DNA from: Candidatus Rifleibacteriota bacterium
Lineage (GTDB): Bacteria; Muiribacteriota; Ozemobacteria; Ozemobacterales; Ozemobacteraceae
Length of the DNA stretch: 64,000 nucleotides
Assembly: GCA_017417215.1 (NCBI GenBank)
Contig: JAFPZP010000062.1
Coordinates: 11,604-75,603, forward strand
Direction: 5' to 3'
Made by a program: the position numbers and the translations under genes. The notes beneath the pieces are model-generated. The model was not told the origin of the DNA and did no database searches. It worked only from the letters and a program-made list of their open reading frames with translations. Positions 25,592 through 35,368 of this stretch are shown here, one piece after another; the stretch's first letter is position 1; each line of letters starts with the position of its first letter.

Positions 25592-28500
25592 ATGGGAAAA
25601 GTCAATATAGGCTTTGATATAGGCTCTGTCAGCATCAACACAATTATTTGCAGTTCAGACGGAAAGCTCATAGAAGAGCTACCATATTATCGTCATTTCG
25701 GCAAAACCATAGAGCTTTGCGCAGACCTTCTAAATCAAATTGAAAAGCGTTATGGCAAAGAAAACATTGAAAGAATAGCTTTTACAGGCACTCATGGCAA
25801 AGCTATAGCTCAAGCAACAGGCTGTTACTTCGAAATAGAAACCACTGCACAAACCAGAGGTTTGTTCGCTCTAATGCCTAATGCCAAAACTGTTATTTCT
25901 ATTGGCGGTCATGACTCTGCTTTATTACTTCTTTCCCATTCAAAAGACGGCTTTATTTTAAACGATTTTAAATTAAATGAAGCCTGTGCCGCTGGAACAG
26001 GGAGTTTTATAGACCAGCAAGCAGAAAGAATTTTCTCTGATGACCTAACTCTTAATTCTATTAAATCTCCTCAAAAACGTATTGAATCAATTCTACAGAG
26101 ATTCATTGATTTGGGTTCTCAGTCAGATTCACCTGCTAATGTAGCTTGCCGTTGCACAGTATTCACCAAATCAGACATGATTCACTTGCAAAATAAAGGG
26201 ATTCCAATAAAACATATCATAGCAGGTCTTCATCAGGGGGTAGCAAGAAATTACCGTTCTACACTTATTTCTAATAGACAATTAGAAGAACCAGTTGCTT
26301 TTATAGGCGGTTATGCCTCTAACAGGCTTGCTAGAAAAGCTTTTGAAGATATTCTAGGGAAAAAGATAGTAGTTCCAAGCCATTATACTGGTGTTGGGGC
26401 TTTCGGTGTAATTCTTAACGCCATACAAAAGAAAAACCCAATCTCTGAAATAACCTCTGAAAGCATACTTAAGCTGAAAACTTCTAAAGCTTTTTCCGCT
26501 CCAAGAACAAAGCCTTTAGAAATAAAACTTAAACCTTTTTGTGAATGTGGAGAAGCTGACAGCTCACCTATAAAAGAAGCAACTCCCAATAATCCAGTTA
26601 ATGTTTATATGGGTTTTGATATAGGCTCTACAACGACAAAGCTTGTATTAATAACTTCTGATGGCAAAGTTATATATAAACGATATATTCCAACTGAGGG
26701 CCAGCCTGTTATTGCAATAAAAAAGGCTTTAAAAAACTGTATCGAGAATATTGATATAAACAGAATTAATGTTTTAGCAGTAGGAACAACAGGCTCAGGG
26801 CGAGAAGTTGCATCATTATTTGCGGGTGCAGATGACGTTGTTAATGAAGTAACAGCACATGCGAGAGGAACAACCTTCTTTGCTCCTCAAATAGATACTA
26901 TATTTGAATTAGGCGGTCAGGATGCTAAATACACATCTTTAAAAGATGGCTTTGTCATAGATTTTAAAATGAATAAAGTCTGCGCTGCTGGAACAGGTAG
27001 CTTCTTAGAAGAAACAGCCAACAAGCTAGGAATAAATATTTCAGGAGAATATGAAAGCCTCGCTATGTCAGCGAAAGCTCCTTATAGACTCACAGAACGC
27101 TGCACCGTCTATATGGAATCTGACTTAATGTCATATTTACAAATGGGTGGTGACATAAAAGATTTGCTAGCAGGGCTTTCGCAAGCTGTTGTACACAATT
27201 ATCTTAATCGTGTCGTTCAAGAAGGTAAAATTGGTGACAACATCAGCTTTCAAGGTGGACCATCTTTAAACCGTTCTGTTGTTGCTGCTTTTGAAAGTAT
27301 TACTCAAAAACCAATAACCACCCTGCCCCATCGAGAAGTCATGGGAGCTATTGGCGCTGCTCTTCACGCCATGGACGACATGAAAACAAAAATACAGAAC
27401 GGCGAAAGGACAAAAACAAAATTTAAAGGCTGGGATATAATCAATCAGGAGTTCAGCCATAGAGAAGAAGTATGCCACAGGAATCCAAACTGCCATAATC
27501 AATGTAAGCTTCAAATCTATAAGATAGGAAGCGAAACTGCTATTTATGGTGGCGAATGTGGTATGTATGAATCTCGTAGTCAAGCTGAAAAGAAAGCCCC
27601 AAATTACAGCAAAATACGACAAAATTTGTATTATCAAAGCATGAAGGGCTTATATCGGGTTTTGGATAATTCTCACCCCAACCCAACCAATAAAATAACA
27701 CTTGGTATCCCTCGTTCTCTAAGTTTCCATCAGCTTGGAATCTTCTGGGTTCATTTGTTGCACGATATGGGTTTCGATATAGTCATAACACCTGAAACCA
27801 ACGCTGAAATAGTAAATGCAGGAATTGCCTCCATGACATGTGAGGCTTGTTTCCCTGTAAAAATATCTCATGGACACGCTGCAATATTAAAGGACAAATG
27901 CGATTACCTCTTTATGCCCATGATGATTGAGATGAATTCTGATCGAAAAGACTTTTCGTTCTACTGCCCCTACGTCGAATCAAACACTTATATGCTAAAG
28001 GCGGCTTTAAACCTTGATAACAGGAAAGTTATCAAACCTGCTATTTATATTAACAAAGGTTTAAAAGCCATGGAAAAGGCTTTTGCCAGTGAGTTCAATA
28101 GACTTGGTCTGACTTTTGATACTGAATTATTTGAAAAAGCTTACAATAACGCTTGGAAAGCCCACAACGATTTTGAAGAAAAACTATATGCCATTGGCAA
28201 AGAAGTTCTTAAAAACATTGGAAACAAACCAGCAATAATAGTTCTGGGTAGACCTTATAGCACTTACGATGACAGAACCAATTTGAATTTATTTGCCACC
28301 TTCAGCAGATTAGGTGTTCATGCTATTCCTCAAGAATTCTTAGATTTAAGAGAATATAAAATCGAAAATGAATACAAAAACATGTATTGGGGCTTTGGAA
28401 ACAAGATACTAAGAGCAGCTAAATATATTAATAGCAACAAAAACCTGTTTGGCCTCTATTTAACTAGTTTTTCTTGCGGTCCCGACTCATTTATTCTTCA

Positions 28501-29917
28501 CTTTTTCAGCCATGAAATGAGTAAAACATGCAGACCTTATCTCGAGCTGGAATTAGACGAACATTCTGCAGGTGCAGGTGTAGAAACAAGATTGCTTGCT
28601 TTTGTTGATGCTATAAAAAATCAAAAATCTGTTCAGACACTTTCTGAAAAAGAAATAAATATACTTTCTCAAAAAAGCATTGCACCAATAACCGCAAGAA
28701 AAATGTATATGCCTCATATGTGTGACGGTGAAATATGTCTAGCTGCCTGTTTCGAAAATATTGGCGTTAAGACAGAAATAATGCCAACTTATACAGAATC
28801 TGGTCTGGCTTTTGGTAAAAAGAATACCTCAGGGAAAGAGTGCTTCCCCTGTATTGTCACCACTGGTGACATGTTTGATTTTATAGAAAAGCTAAAAAAA
28901 CAAGGAGCTGATTTAAAAAATGATGTAGCTTTCTTTATGCCAGAAGCAGAAGGCCCTTGTCGTTTCGGGCAATACAACAAGCTTCATCGAACCTTATTAG
29001 ATAAATACGGTTATTCCGATATACCAATCATTTCACCAACTTGCGAAGATAGCTATAGTTGCAGAGGTCTTATAAACCCCAAACTACTCTTAGGCTTTAA
29101 AATGCTTGTTTGCCAGGCTATTGTTTATCAAGACATTCTTGAAAAAGCCAGATGGCGTATCAGACCCTACGAAAAAGTTAAGGGAACAACCGATAAAGTA
29201 TTTTTCAAAGCCTTAGACAATGCTGTTCATGCAATAAAAGCAGGTGGTGGCTTAATGCTATTCAAAGAAGCCAAAAGAGCCGCCAAAGATTTTGAAAGCA
29301 TAGAAATAAATGATGAAGTCAGACCTTTAATAGGCATTGTAGGAGAAATATTTGTCAGATTCCACCAAGAAAGTAATCAACACCTTGTCAGACAATTAGA
29401 ATCACTAGGCTGCGAAGCCTATATTTCCTCAATTTCAGAATGGATATCCTATACTGCTGACACTAGTCTTGATTATGCTATAGAAGCTATAAAAGACGAA
29501 AAAAGCTACAACAATATAATAGATGCTGCAGCTTCATTTGGCGCATATAGTTATCAATCCTTAGCAACAAAGATTCTAATGCAGCCTTTCAGTCGATTAT
29601 TGAAAAATCGACAAGACCACTCAACAAAACACATATTAGAAGCTGTTGGCGATAAGTTTTCCAACCATATAAAAAGTGAAAGTATTTTAAGTATTGGTGC
29701 AGCACTCTCATTTATGCAAGATAATTATGATGGAATAGTAAACGTAATGCCGTTTACCTGTATGCCAAGCACAGTTGCAAGCTCTATTTTAAAAGTTTAT
29801 GCTAGAGGGAAAATTCCTTTCGTTGATATGGTCTATGACGGAAGTATTCAACCTAACCGAGAAACAAATCTAGCTACCTTTGTTTTTCAAGCAAAACAGC
29901 ATAGAGAAATGGTATAA
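25592..29917 (+). CDS. Fusion of two BcrAD/BadFG-type activase ATPase modules with an acyl-CoA-dehydratase-related (DUF2229-like) domain; architecture of fused plasmalogen synthase PlsA-PlsR
   Basis: 1441 aa. Two actin-fold ATPase modules (GFDIGSVSINT...ACAAGTGSFIDQQA and GFDIGSTTTKLV...VCAAGTGSFLEE). Cys cluster CHRNPNCHNQC...GGECG. Then LGIPRSLSFHQLGIFWVHLLHDMGFDIV...EACFPVKISHGH, typical of the activase-associated domain. Confidence 0.8.
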   Translation: MGKVNIGFDIGSVSINTIICSSDGKLIEELPYYRHFGKTIELCADLLNQIEKRYGKENIERIAFTGTHGKAIAQATGCYFEIETTAQTRGLFALMPNAKTVISIGGHDSALLLLSHSKDGFILNDFKLNEACAAGTGSFIDQQAERIFSDDLTLNSIKSPQKRIESILQRFIDLGSQSDSPANVACRCTVFTKSDMIHLQNKGIPIKHIIAGLHQGVARNYRSTLISNRQLEEPVAFIGGYASNRLARKAFEDILGKKIVVPSHYTGVGAFGVILNAIQKKNPISEITSESILKLKTSKAFSAPRTKPLEIKLKPFCECGEADSSPIKEATPNNPVNVYMGFDIGSTTTKLVLITSDGKVIYKRYIPTEGQPVIAIKKALKNCIENIDINRINVLAVGTTGSGREVASLFAGADDVVNEVTAHARGTTFFAPQIDTIFELGGQDAKYTSLKDGFVIDFKMNKVCAAGTGSFLEETANKLGINISGEYESLAMSAKAPYRLTERCTVYMESDLMSYLQMGGDIKDLLAGLSQAVVHNYLNRVVQEGKIGDNISFQGGPSLNRSVVAAFESITQKPITTLPHREVMGAIGAALHAMDDMKTKIQNGERTKTKFKGWDIINQEFSHREEVCHRNPNCHNQCKLQIYKIGSETAIYGGECGMYESRSQAEKKAPNYSKIRQNLYYQSMKGLYRVLDNSHPNPTNKITLGIPRSLSFHQLGIFWVHLLHDMGFDIVITPETNAEIVNAGIASMTCEACFPVKISHGHAAILKDKCDYLFMPMMIEMNSDRKDFSFYCPYVESNTYMLKAALNLDNRKVIKPAIYINKGLKAMEKAFASEFNRLGLTFDTELFEKAYNNAWKAHNDFEEKLYAIGKEVLKNIGNKPAIIVLGRPYSTYDDRTNLNLFATFSRLGVHAIPQEFLDLREYKIENEYKNMYWGFGNKILRAAKYINSNKNLFGLYLTSFSCGPDSFILHFFSHEMSKTCRPYLELELDEHSAGAGVETRLLAFVDAIKNQKSVQTLSEKEINILSQKSIAPITARKMYMPHMCDGEICLAACFENIGVKTEIMPTYTESGLAFGKKNTSGKECFPCIVTTGDMFDFIEKLKKQGADLKNDVAFFMPEAEGPCRFGQYNKLHRTLLDKYGYSDIPIISPTCEDSYSCRGLINPKLLLGFKMLVCQAIVYQDILEKARWRIRPYEKVKGTTDKVFFKALDNAVHAIKAGGGLMLFKEAKRAAKDFESIEINDEVRPLIGIVGEIFVRFHQESNQHLVRQLESLGCEAYISSISEWISYTADTSLDYAIEAIKDEKSYNNIIDAAASFGAYSYQSLATKILMQPFSRLLKNRQDHSTKHILEAVGDKFSNHIKSESILSIGAALSFMQDNYDGIVNVMPFTCMPSTVASSILKVYARGKIPFVDMVYDGSIQPNRETNLATFVFQAKQHREMV

Positions 29918-29957
29918 TATTAATTAACTCTTAATACTTTAATAGGAGAATAATCAA

Positions 29958-30746
29958 ATGAGAGCAAAAACAATTAGTGCCATCCTTTTAATGGCATTTA
30001 TGCTTTTTAGTTTTTCATCAGCATCAGCAAGAAATGCTTCTGAAATAAAAAATGAACTAAAAGCATCTAACGTTAAAGTAGAAACTAAAAAAGACAGCAA
30101 TATCATACTTTCAGATGATTCTTCTGATTTTGTAATACTTAGTGAAGCCGTTCCAGATGTAATATTGGAAATACGTTATTACTCTACATATAATTTTGTT
30201 GGTGACCGTATAGATGGATACGAACAACCAATTGCACTTATAACAAAAGAAGCAGCGACAGCATTAAAAAAAGTCAGCGATGAACTCATCACTAATGGTT
30301 ACCGCTTAAAAATATTCGATGCTTATCGTCCTCAAAAAGCTGTAACTCACTTTATGAATTGGGCTTTGGATTTTAACGATACTAGAATGAAAGAATACTT
30401 TTACCCTGAATTAGAAAAAAATGTTCTCTTCCCACTTGGTTATATTGCCGAACATTCTGGACACAGCCGAGGAAGCACAGTTGACCTTACTCTTTTTGAT
30501 ATGAAGAAGGAAAAGGAAGTCGATATGGGTGGAACATTTGATTATTTCGGTAAACTTAGCCATCCGGACTATACCCATATTACTCCTGAACAATTCGCAA
30601 ATAGAATGATATTACGTAAAGTTATGCTTAAACATGGATTCAAACCCTTATCAGAAGAATGGTGGCATTTTACCCTTAAAAATGAACCCTATCCCAATAC
30701 TTATTTCACTTTCCCAGTAAATTCTAATTCAGTATCAACCAAATAA
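29958..30746 (+). CDS. Secreted D-alanyl-D-alanine dipeptidase (VanX/DdpX, peptidase M15D)
   Basis: Signal peptide ISAILLMAFMLFSFSSASA. Motifs EHSGHSRGSTVDLTL and EWWHF are characteristic of VanX-type zinc dipeptidases. Confidence 0.85.
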   Translation: MRAKTISAILLMAFMLFSFSSASARNASEIKNELKASNVKVETKKDSNIILSDDSSDFVILSEAVPDVILEIRYYSTYNFVGDRIDGYEQPIALITKEAATALKKVSDELITNGYRLKIFDAYRPQKAVTHFMNWALDFNDTRMKEYFYPELEKNVLFPLGYIAEHSGHSRGSTVDLTLFDMKKEKEVDMGGTFDYFGKLSHPDYTHITPEQFANRMILRKVMLKHGFKPLSEEWWHFTLKNEPYPNTYFTFPVNSNSVSTK

Positions 30747-30800
30747 AACAATCTTATTGTTATTAATAATTCTGTATAGGAATATAAATAGGAGAATCAA

Positions 30801-31934
30801 ATGAATCTTTCTAAATATATAAAAATATCCTTTATATTTTTTATATTACTTTGTTCATCTGTTTCCGCTGATGATTTAAACTTATATACTTATCAAACTA
30901 TTACAGATAATATTGTAAAAATTCCAGCAGCAGACATAATGGTTCCAAAAGGCTTTAAAGCCCAGATAACCAGTCAATGGGATAGATTAGATGGCAATTT
31001 TCCAGGTCATGAAGTTATAGGAATAGAAAATACAGATAATACTGTTGGCATATATATTTTTACCAACGAAAGTTACTACCAGTTCCAGAATAGGAATAAT
31101 TTTGGCATAAGTATGCCTCAGCAACAAGGTCCTGACTATGAACGCCGTATAACTATCATGAATTATATGGATTCTTCTTCTGTATTGGAAGTATTTTTGA
31201 ATAATCTTGGCTTTAACAATAGAAAACAAATTAAAAGTTTGCCAGTAGACGAAAATAAGCTTCAAACACTAAAAACCAATTTGTTAAAAACAGCACAGAT
31301 TGAAGTTCAAAAGATACATCAGATGAATGTAATGGCTAGAACCGATATGCGAACTACTTTGAACGATGTTCGAGTAGATATGGCAAAGAAACAATATTCT
31401 GTAGGTTACGGGAAAATAGAAGCTTCTACCTGTGTTGGAGCCATTACCACAACAATAGCAAACAACATGATTGCTAACGTGACTACTTCATGGGAAATTT
31501 CATATTTTATATTATTCCGTGCCAATTCTAGTGAATTGTTTGATAAATATTACTCTACTTATCAGACTGTTATTTCAAACGCTAGAATCAGACCTGAGTT
31601 TTATTATCTAAATATGAAATTAAAACAGATGAACGAAGAAAGAGTTGCCAAAATTGGTGCTGTGCGCGCAAAAGTATCTTTAGAAGCACAACGAGAACAA
31701 ATCATGGGGACTTACTCTAGTTCAACAAATGGAGAAGCAGTTTCTACTTCTGAAAAAGTAATGAATATGTGGGACGATGTTATTAAAGAAGTTGATGAAT
31801 ATACTACACTAGATGGAAGAAAGCTGAAAACATCAATGTATAACGAAACTGTAGCTCAAGACGGCGATACTTTTTATATTGGCAAAAAAACTGGAGTCCC
31901 AAACGGTTTTAAAGAGTTAAGTAAATCTTACTGA
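30801..31934 (+). CDS. Secreted hypothetical protein
   Basis: Signal peptide ISFIFFILLCSSVSA. 377 aa. GGAGAATCAA precedes the ATG. Family not recognised. Confidence 0.6.
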   Translation: MNLSKYIKISFIFFILLCSSVSADDLNLYTYQTITDNIVKIPAADIMVPKGFKAQITSQWDRLDGNFPGHEVIGIENTDNTVGIYIFTNESYYQFQNRNNFGISMPQQQGPDYERRITIMNYMDSSSVLEVFLNNLGFNNRKQIKSLPVDENKLQTLKTNLLKTAQIEVQKIHQMNVMARTDMRTTLNDVRVDMAKKQYSVGYGKIEASTCVGAITTTIANNMIANVTTSWEISYFILFRANSSELFDKYYSTYQTVISNARIRPEFYYLNMKLKQMNEERVAKIGAVRAKVSLEAQREQIMGTYSSSTNGEAVSTSEKVMNMWDDVIKEVDEYTTLDGRKLKTSMYNETVAQDGDTFYIGKKTGVPNGFKELSKSY

Positions 31935-31970
31935 TTACACATATAAAACCAAGTAACAATCATTTAAAAC

Positions 31971-32009
31971 AAAACCCAGACTGCCTTAGCAATCTGGGTT
32001 TATTTTTTA
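31971..32009. terminator. Bidirectional intrinsic terminator between convergent genes
   Basis: aaacccaga-ctgccttagcaa-tctgggttt with an A-rich 5' flank and TATTTTTT 3' flank. Confidence 0.7.
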
Positions 32010-32010
32010 C

Positions 32011-33105
32011 TTACTTCCTTGGTCTTGGCGCTGGAGGTGGTGACTTTTTAGATGGTGCTGGAGGAGGAGGTGGAGACTTCCTTGGCGGTGCCGGTGGATG
32101 CATCGGAGGTCCCTTTGGTCTTGGAGGAGGTGGTGGACCCCAATGATGGAAATGGTGCCAGCGGCGATAAGGATAAATTCCATCCCAAACGACTACATTT
32201 ACTGTAGGTTCTGGTCTTACAGGCTGAGTCAGAACTACAGTAGAACCTGCCGGAACGGAATAAAAGAAATCACTGTCAGCTGTCCAGTTTGAACGTTTTT
32301 CCAAATCATAAATAGATACATAGCCTACTGCTGGTTCATCACCTACGCCAGTTCCCATATGATGGACCTTAGCAGAAGCGCCTGATACATCTTCTATCCA
32401 GATTGGTTCATTTCTTCTTACTCTCACATTTCCAAGAGTAAGATAAGAAGAAGTTACAACATAATTGGCAGTTGTCTTTTTTACACGATTTTCAATAGAT
32501 TCAACCTTGTTGATATTTGAAAGATTATTTCCGCCAGAAAGCAGCATATCTATAGCTTCATTCATCTTATCTACGACAAATAGCTCTTTGTTCATTCTAG
32601 CTTTTGCTCTTGCTATATCATTACCTTTATCTGCATCTTTTCTGGCTTCAAGATAGTTTTCCAACGTCTGAAGCTTTCTAACATGCAAATCATGGATTTT
32701 ACGTCTATAAATGCTATAATTCATATAGTCATTTTCCATTCTTTGCATCTTTGCAGCATTCTGACGCTTTAATTCCTGGCACTGTCTATAAGCTACATTA
32801 CTTGTTGACTGAGTTAAATATTCTTCTATTCTGTTGATAAAATGGTAGTCTGCTAAACCTTGATTATCTATTTCGGCTTTCGAATCAGTATAAGAAATAT
32901 CCTTATAATTATTAGAGTTCATCAAGCTTACATCTTCTGGTTCGGCAGCTTGAAATGCGCCAGAAGCAGCTTTACCACAGTTAGAGCAGAAATTTGCATC
33001 TTTTTCTAATGATTTACCACAATTAGAGCAAAAATCTGCGAATAAAGGCATAGCCGATGTTAATACTAATGCAGAAAGCAAAATATTTATTTTTTTCATT
33101 GGCAC
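32011..33105 (-). CDS. Exported double zinc-ribbon protein with an SH3-like segment and a poly-proline C-terminal tail
   Basis: Signal-like MKKINILLSALVLTSAMPLFA followed by CSNCG...CSNCG. C-terminus GPPPPPRPKGPPMHPPAPPRKSPPPPPAPSKKSPPPAPRPRK. Confidence 0.65.
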   Translation of the reverse strand: MPMKKINILLSALVLTSAMPLFADFCSNCGKSLEKDANFCSNCGKAASGAFQAAEPEDVSLMNSNNYKDISYTDSKAEIDNQGLADYHFINRIEEYLTQSTSNVAYRQCQELKRQNAAKMQRMENDYMNYSIYRRKIHDLHVRKLQTLENYLEARKDADKGNDIARAKARMNKELFVVDKMNEAIDMLLSGGNNLSNINKVESIENRVKKTTANYVVTSSYLTLGNVRVRRNEPIWIEDVSGASAKVHHMGTGVGDEPAVGYVSIYDLEKRSNWTADSDFFYSVPAGSTVVLTQPVRPEPTVNVVVWDGIYPYRRWHHFHHWGPPPPPRPKGPPMHPPAPPRKSPPPPPAPSKKSPPPAPRPRK

Positions 33106-33210
33106 TTCCTTTCTTCTTTTAAGATTATCTTAACTATATAATATCACAAATTGTACATAGTTATAGTTAAGACTTCGTTAATAATATTAAAGTTCCATTT
33201 TTTTTCAACA

Positions 33211-33238
33211 AAAAAAGTCGTCTTTTGACGACTTTTTT
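33211..33238. terminator. Intrinsic terminator downstream of 33268..34668 (A- and T-runs on both sides)
   Basis: aaaaaaGTCGTC-tttt-GACGACtttttt. Confidence 0.65.
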
Positions 33239-33267
33239 ATTTTCATATATTTAGATTCTTTTGCTAC

Positions 33268-34668
33268 TTAAAGCAGGCTCATTTCGCCTTCTTTATCTTC
33301 GAGAATTTTCCAAACATTTGCATCACTAGGAAGTGATTCTTTATAATCTTCAAATGGAATGTAAGGTCCTTTTCCATCTGAGGTTCCTAAGTGGTAAGCG
33401 GAAATTCTTAAACCATTCTCAATTTTTTCGTAATTTTTAGGAATATCGCTTCTATCTGTATTGAATTCTGAAGTGATAATAAAGCTCCAGTTATCAGGCT
33501 GTTCTGCGGGTAAAACATAATTTGATAATTCAATTCCATGAGATTCTTCGCGTTTTAAACTTATTATCAATCTTACTTCATATTCAGGGAACTCACCTTC
33601 TTTTTCTGGAAGAGCAACCCATAATCTGGTTGAATTCCCAATACCAGGTTCATTATAAATAAAGAGAGCATCTTTTGATTCAATGGAGATATTACCAGTG
33701 GTACTTGCCGGCAATGTTGTATCTATAGGAATGAGCTGTCTTTTGTCTTTAGGACAAAGAATTACTCTCATATAAATACTGTCTTTATCTTTATCGAAAA
33801 CATAAGCCTGTCTGAAACTATAAAATTCAGCAGGAATTCCTATGATATCAACCCCTCTAGCAATGTAAGAAGATAATGTTTGATCAGCTAATTTACTAAG
33901 TTTTGAATCCTTTGTAGCTGCTTTAATAACACTAGTGATTCCAGCATCACGATTCCCTTGAATTAAAGCTAGTCTTCCATAAGTTAAATAATCATTAGCC
34001 GTTGGTTTTCCTGTACTTAACTTTTCTTCCAGTTCTTCGCTAATCATAGAGAGCATATATTCATCATCTCTGCCAAGAATTTCAGGATCCATGTCGGTTG
34101 CTTCAAGATAATACTTAATTGCATTATCTTTTTCGCGTCTAGACCAATAACACATAGCCAACTCGAAACCATTATCAGCAGTTTTAGAATCTTTATATGC
34201 TTTCAAAGCTTTTGCAACTTCTTCATCTGTTGCTTTGGGTCTGAATTTTCTAACAGCGGGAACATAGGGTTTAGGTTCAGAATATCTTACTTCAAAATGT
34301 CCAACTTCTGGACCCCAACGCCAGTTTTCATATATTTTATCAATAGGTGTCAAATGACCCCATTTTTTATAAAGTGCTTGTTTATTACGTTCATTTTGTT
34401 CTAATTCCAAATTATTTGCTATCTTTGAAATATAAAATTGCGCTTCCAGATTGTCTTTATCCATATTAAGAACCATTTGGAAAACTGAGCGGGCATCTTC
34501 GTATCTACGACGTAAGTATAAATCTTTGCCAGCTTTTAAAAGATTATCAACTCTAGTAACAGTTGGAATACGCTTATAGGTCGCAAGATCAGAATAAGGT
34601 CTTGGACCAAAGCCAACGAGCAAAAAGCCCATTGCAATTAAAGTTAATAAAAAAACAGACTTTTTCAT
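33268..34668 (-). CDS. Exported TPR-like repeat protein, unknown function
   Basis: The ORF track begins at TTG 34689. ATG 34668 (MKKSVFLLTLIAMGFLLVGF) gives a standard signal peptide. TPR-like helices (YEDARSVFQMVLNMDKDNLEAQFYISK, NAIKYYLEATDMDPE). Confidence 0.6.
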   Translation of the reverse strand: MKKSVFLLTLIAMGFLLVGFGPRPYSDLATYKRIPTVTRVDNLLKAGKDLYLRRRYEDARSVFQMVLNMDKDNLEAQFYISKIANNLELEQNERNKQALYKKWGHLTPIDKIYENWRWGPEVGHFEVRYSEPKPYVPAVRKFRPKATDEEVAKALKAYKDSKTADNGFELAMCYWSRREKDNAIKYYLEATDMDPEILGRDDEYMLSMISEELEEKLSTGKPTANDYLTYGRLALIQGNRDAGITSVIKAATKDSKLSKLADQTLSSYIARGVDIIGIPAEFYSFRQAYVFDKDKDSIYMRVILCPKDKRQLIPIDTTLPASTTGNISIESKDALFIYNEPGIGNSTRLWVALPEKEGEFPEYEVRLIISLKREESHGIELSNYVLPAEQPDNWSFIITSEFNTDRSDIPKNYEKIENGLRISAYHLGTSDGKGPYIPFEDYKESLPSDANVWKILEDKEGEMSLL

Positions 34669-34739
34669 GATTCCCGTATCGACAGGCAATTAAAAATTTT
34701 TAATTATAAAATAAAAAATAATGAAATAACAAAAGAGCT

Positions 34740-35336
34740 TCAGCGTTCTGGCATTATAAGCATGGAAAAATCTGAAATATCTAATTTATATCTATTCAGG
34801 TAAACTACTGATAGCAATACATGCTTCCATGGCATTTCATTGACTCTCATCATTATATTTGCATCAAAGCCATTTGCTACTCTTATCTGAACTCCTGAAA
34901 TAGAGCTCAAAAACAAACATAGCATTGAAAGATCAACATTTTTAAAATAGCCACTATAGGTAGCATCTTTATTCCCATCAGGAATACGAAGTTCTAAATA
35001 TGGAAGCTGAGTGAAAAAGGAAGACAATTCTCTTTCATTAGCTATATATAGACAATCTTTAACGAAACGCCAGCCAAATTCTGAATCTTTACACATATTG
35101 TCTAGCATTTCTTTTATGGTATCCCCAACGATTTCTTTTTTAGGGACACTAACATCATTACTTATGATTAAAGACCATCTCTGTTTTTCTGTAACAAAAT
35201 AAGCGAAGGTCTTAAGATCCATATGGCGGTCAGGAACTCTGATGATATCATTAATGGAGCGATAAATTTCACCTGCACATAAAGTTACAGGTATTATCAA
35301 TATAAAAGCTAAAGCAAAGATTATTTTCCTTAGCAT
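34740..35336 (-). CDS. Small exported protein with two secretin-N0/STN-like modules and no secretin domain
   Basis: Signal peptide. The second half, FKNVDLSMLCLFLSSISGVQIRVANGFDANIMMRVNEMPWKHVLLSVVYLNRYKLDISDFSMLIMP, follows the pattern of STN/N0 domains of secretins and TonB-dependent receptors. Confidence 0.5.
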   Translation of the reverse strand: MLRKIIFALAFILIIPVTLCAGEIYRSINDIIRVPDRHMDLKTFAYFVTEKQRWSLIISNDVSVPKKEIVGDTIKEMLDNMCKDSEFGWRFVKDCLYIANERELSSFFTQLPYLELRIPDGNKDATYSGYFKNVDLSMLCLFLSSISGVQIRVANGFDANIMMRVNEMPWKHVLLSVVYLNRYKLDISDFSMLIMPER

Positions 35337-35368
35337 ATAAATCGCTCCATTACTAATAAAAATTACAA

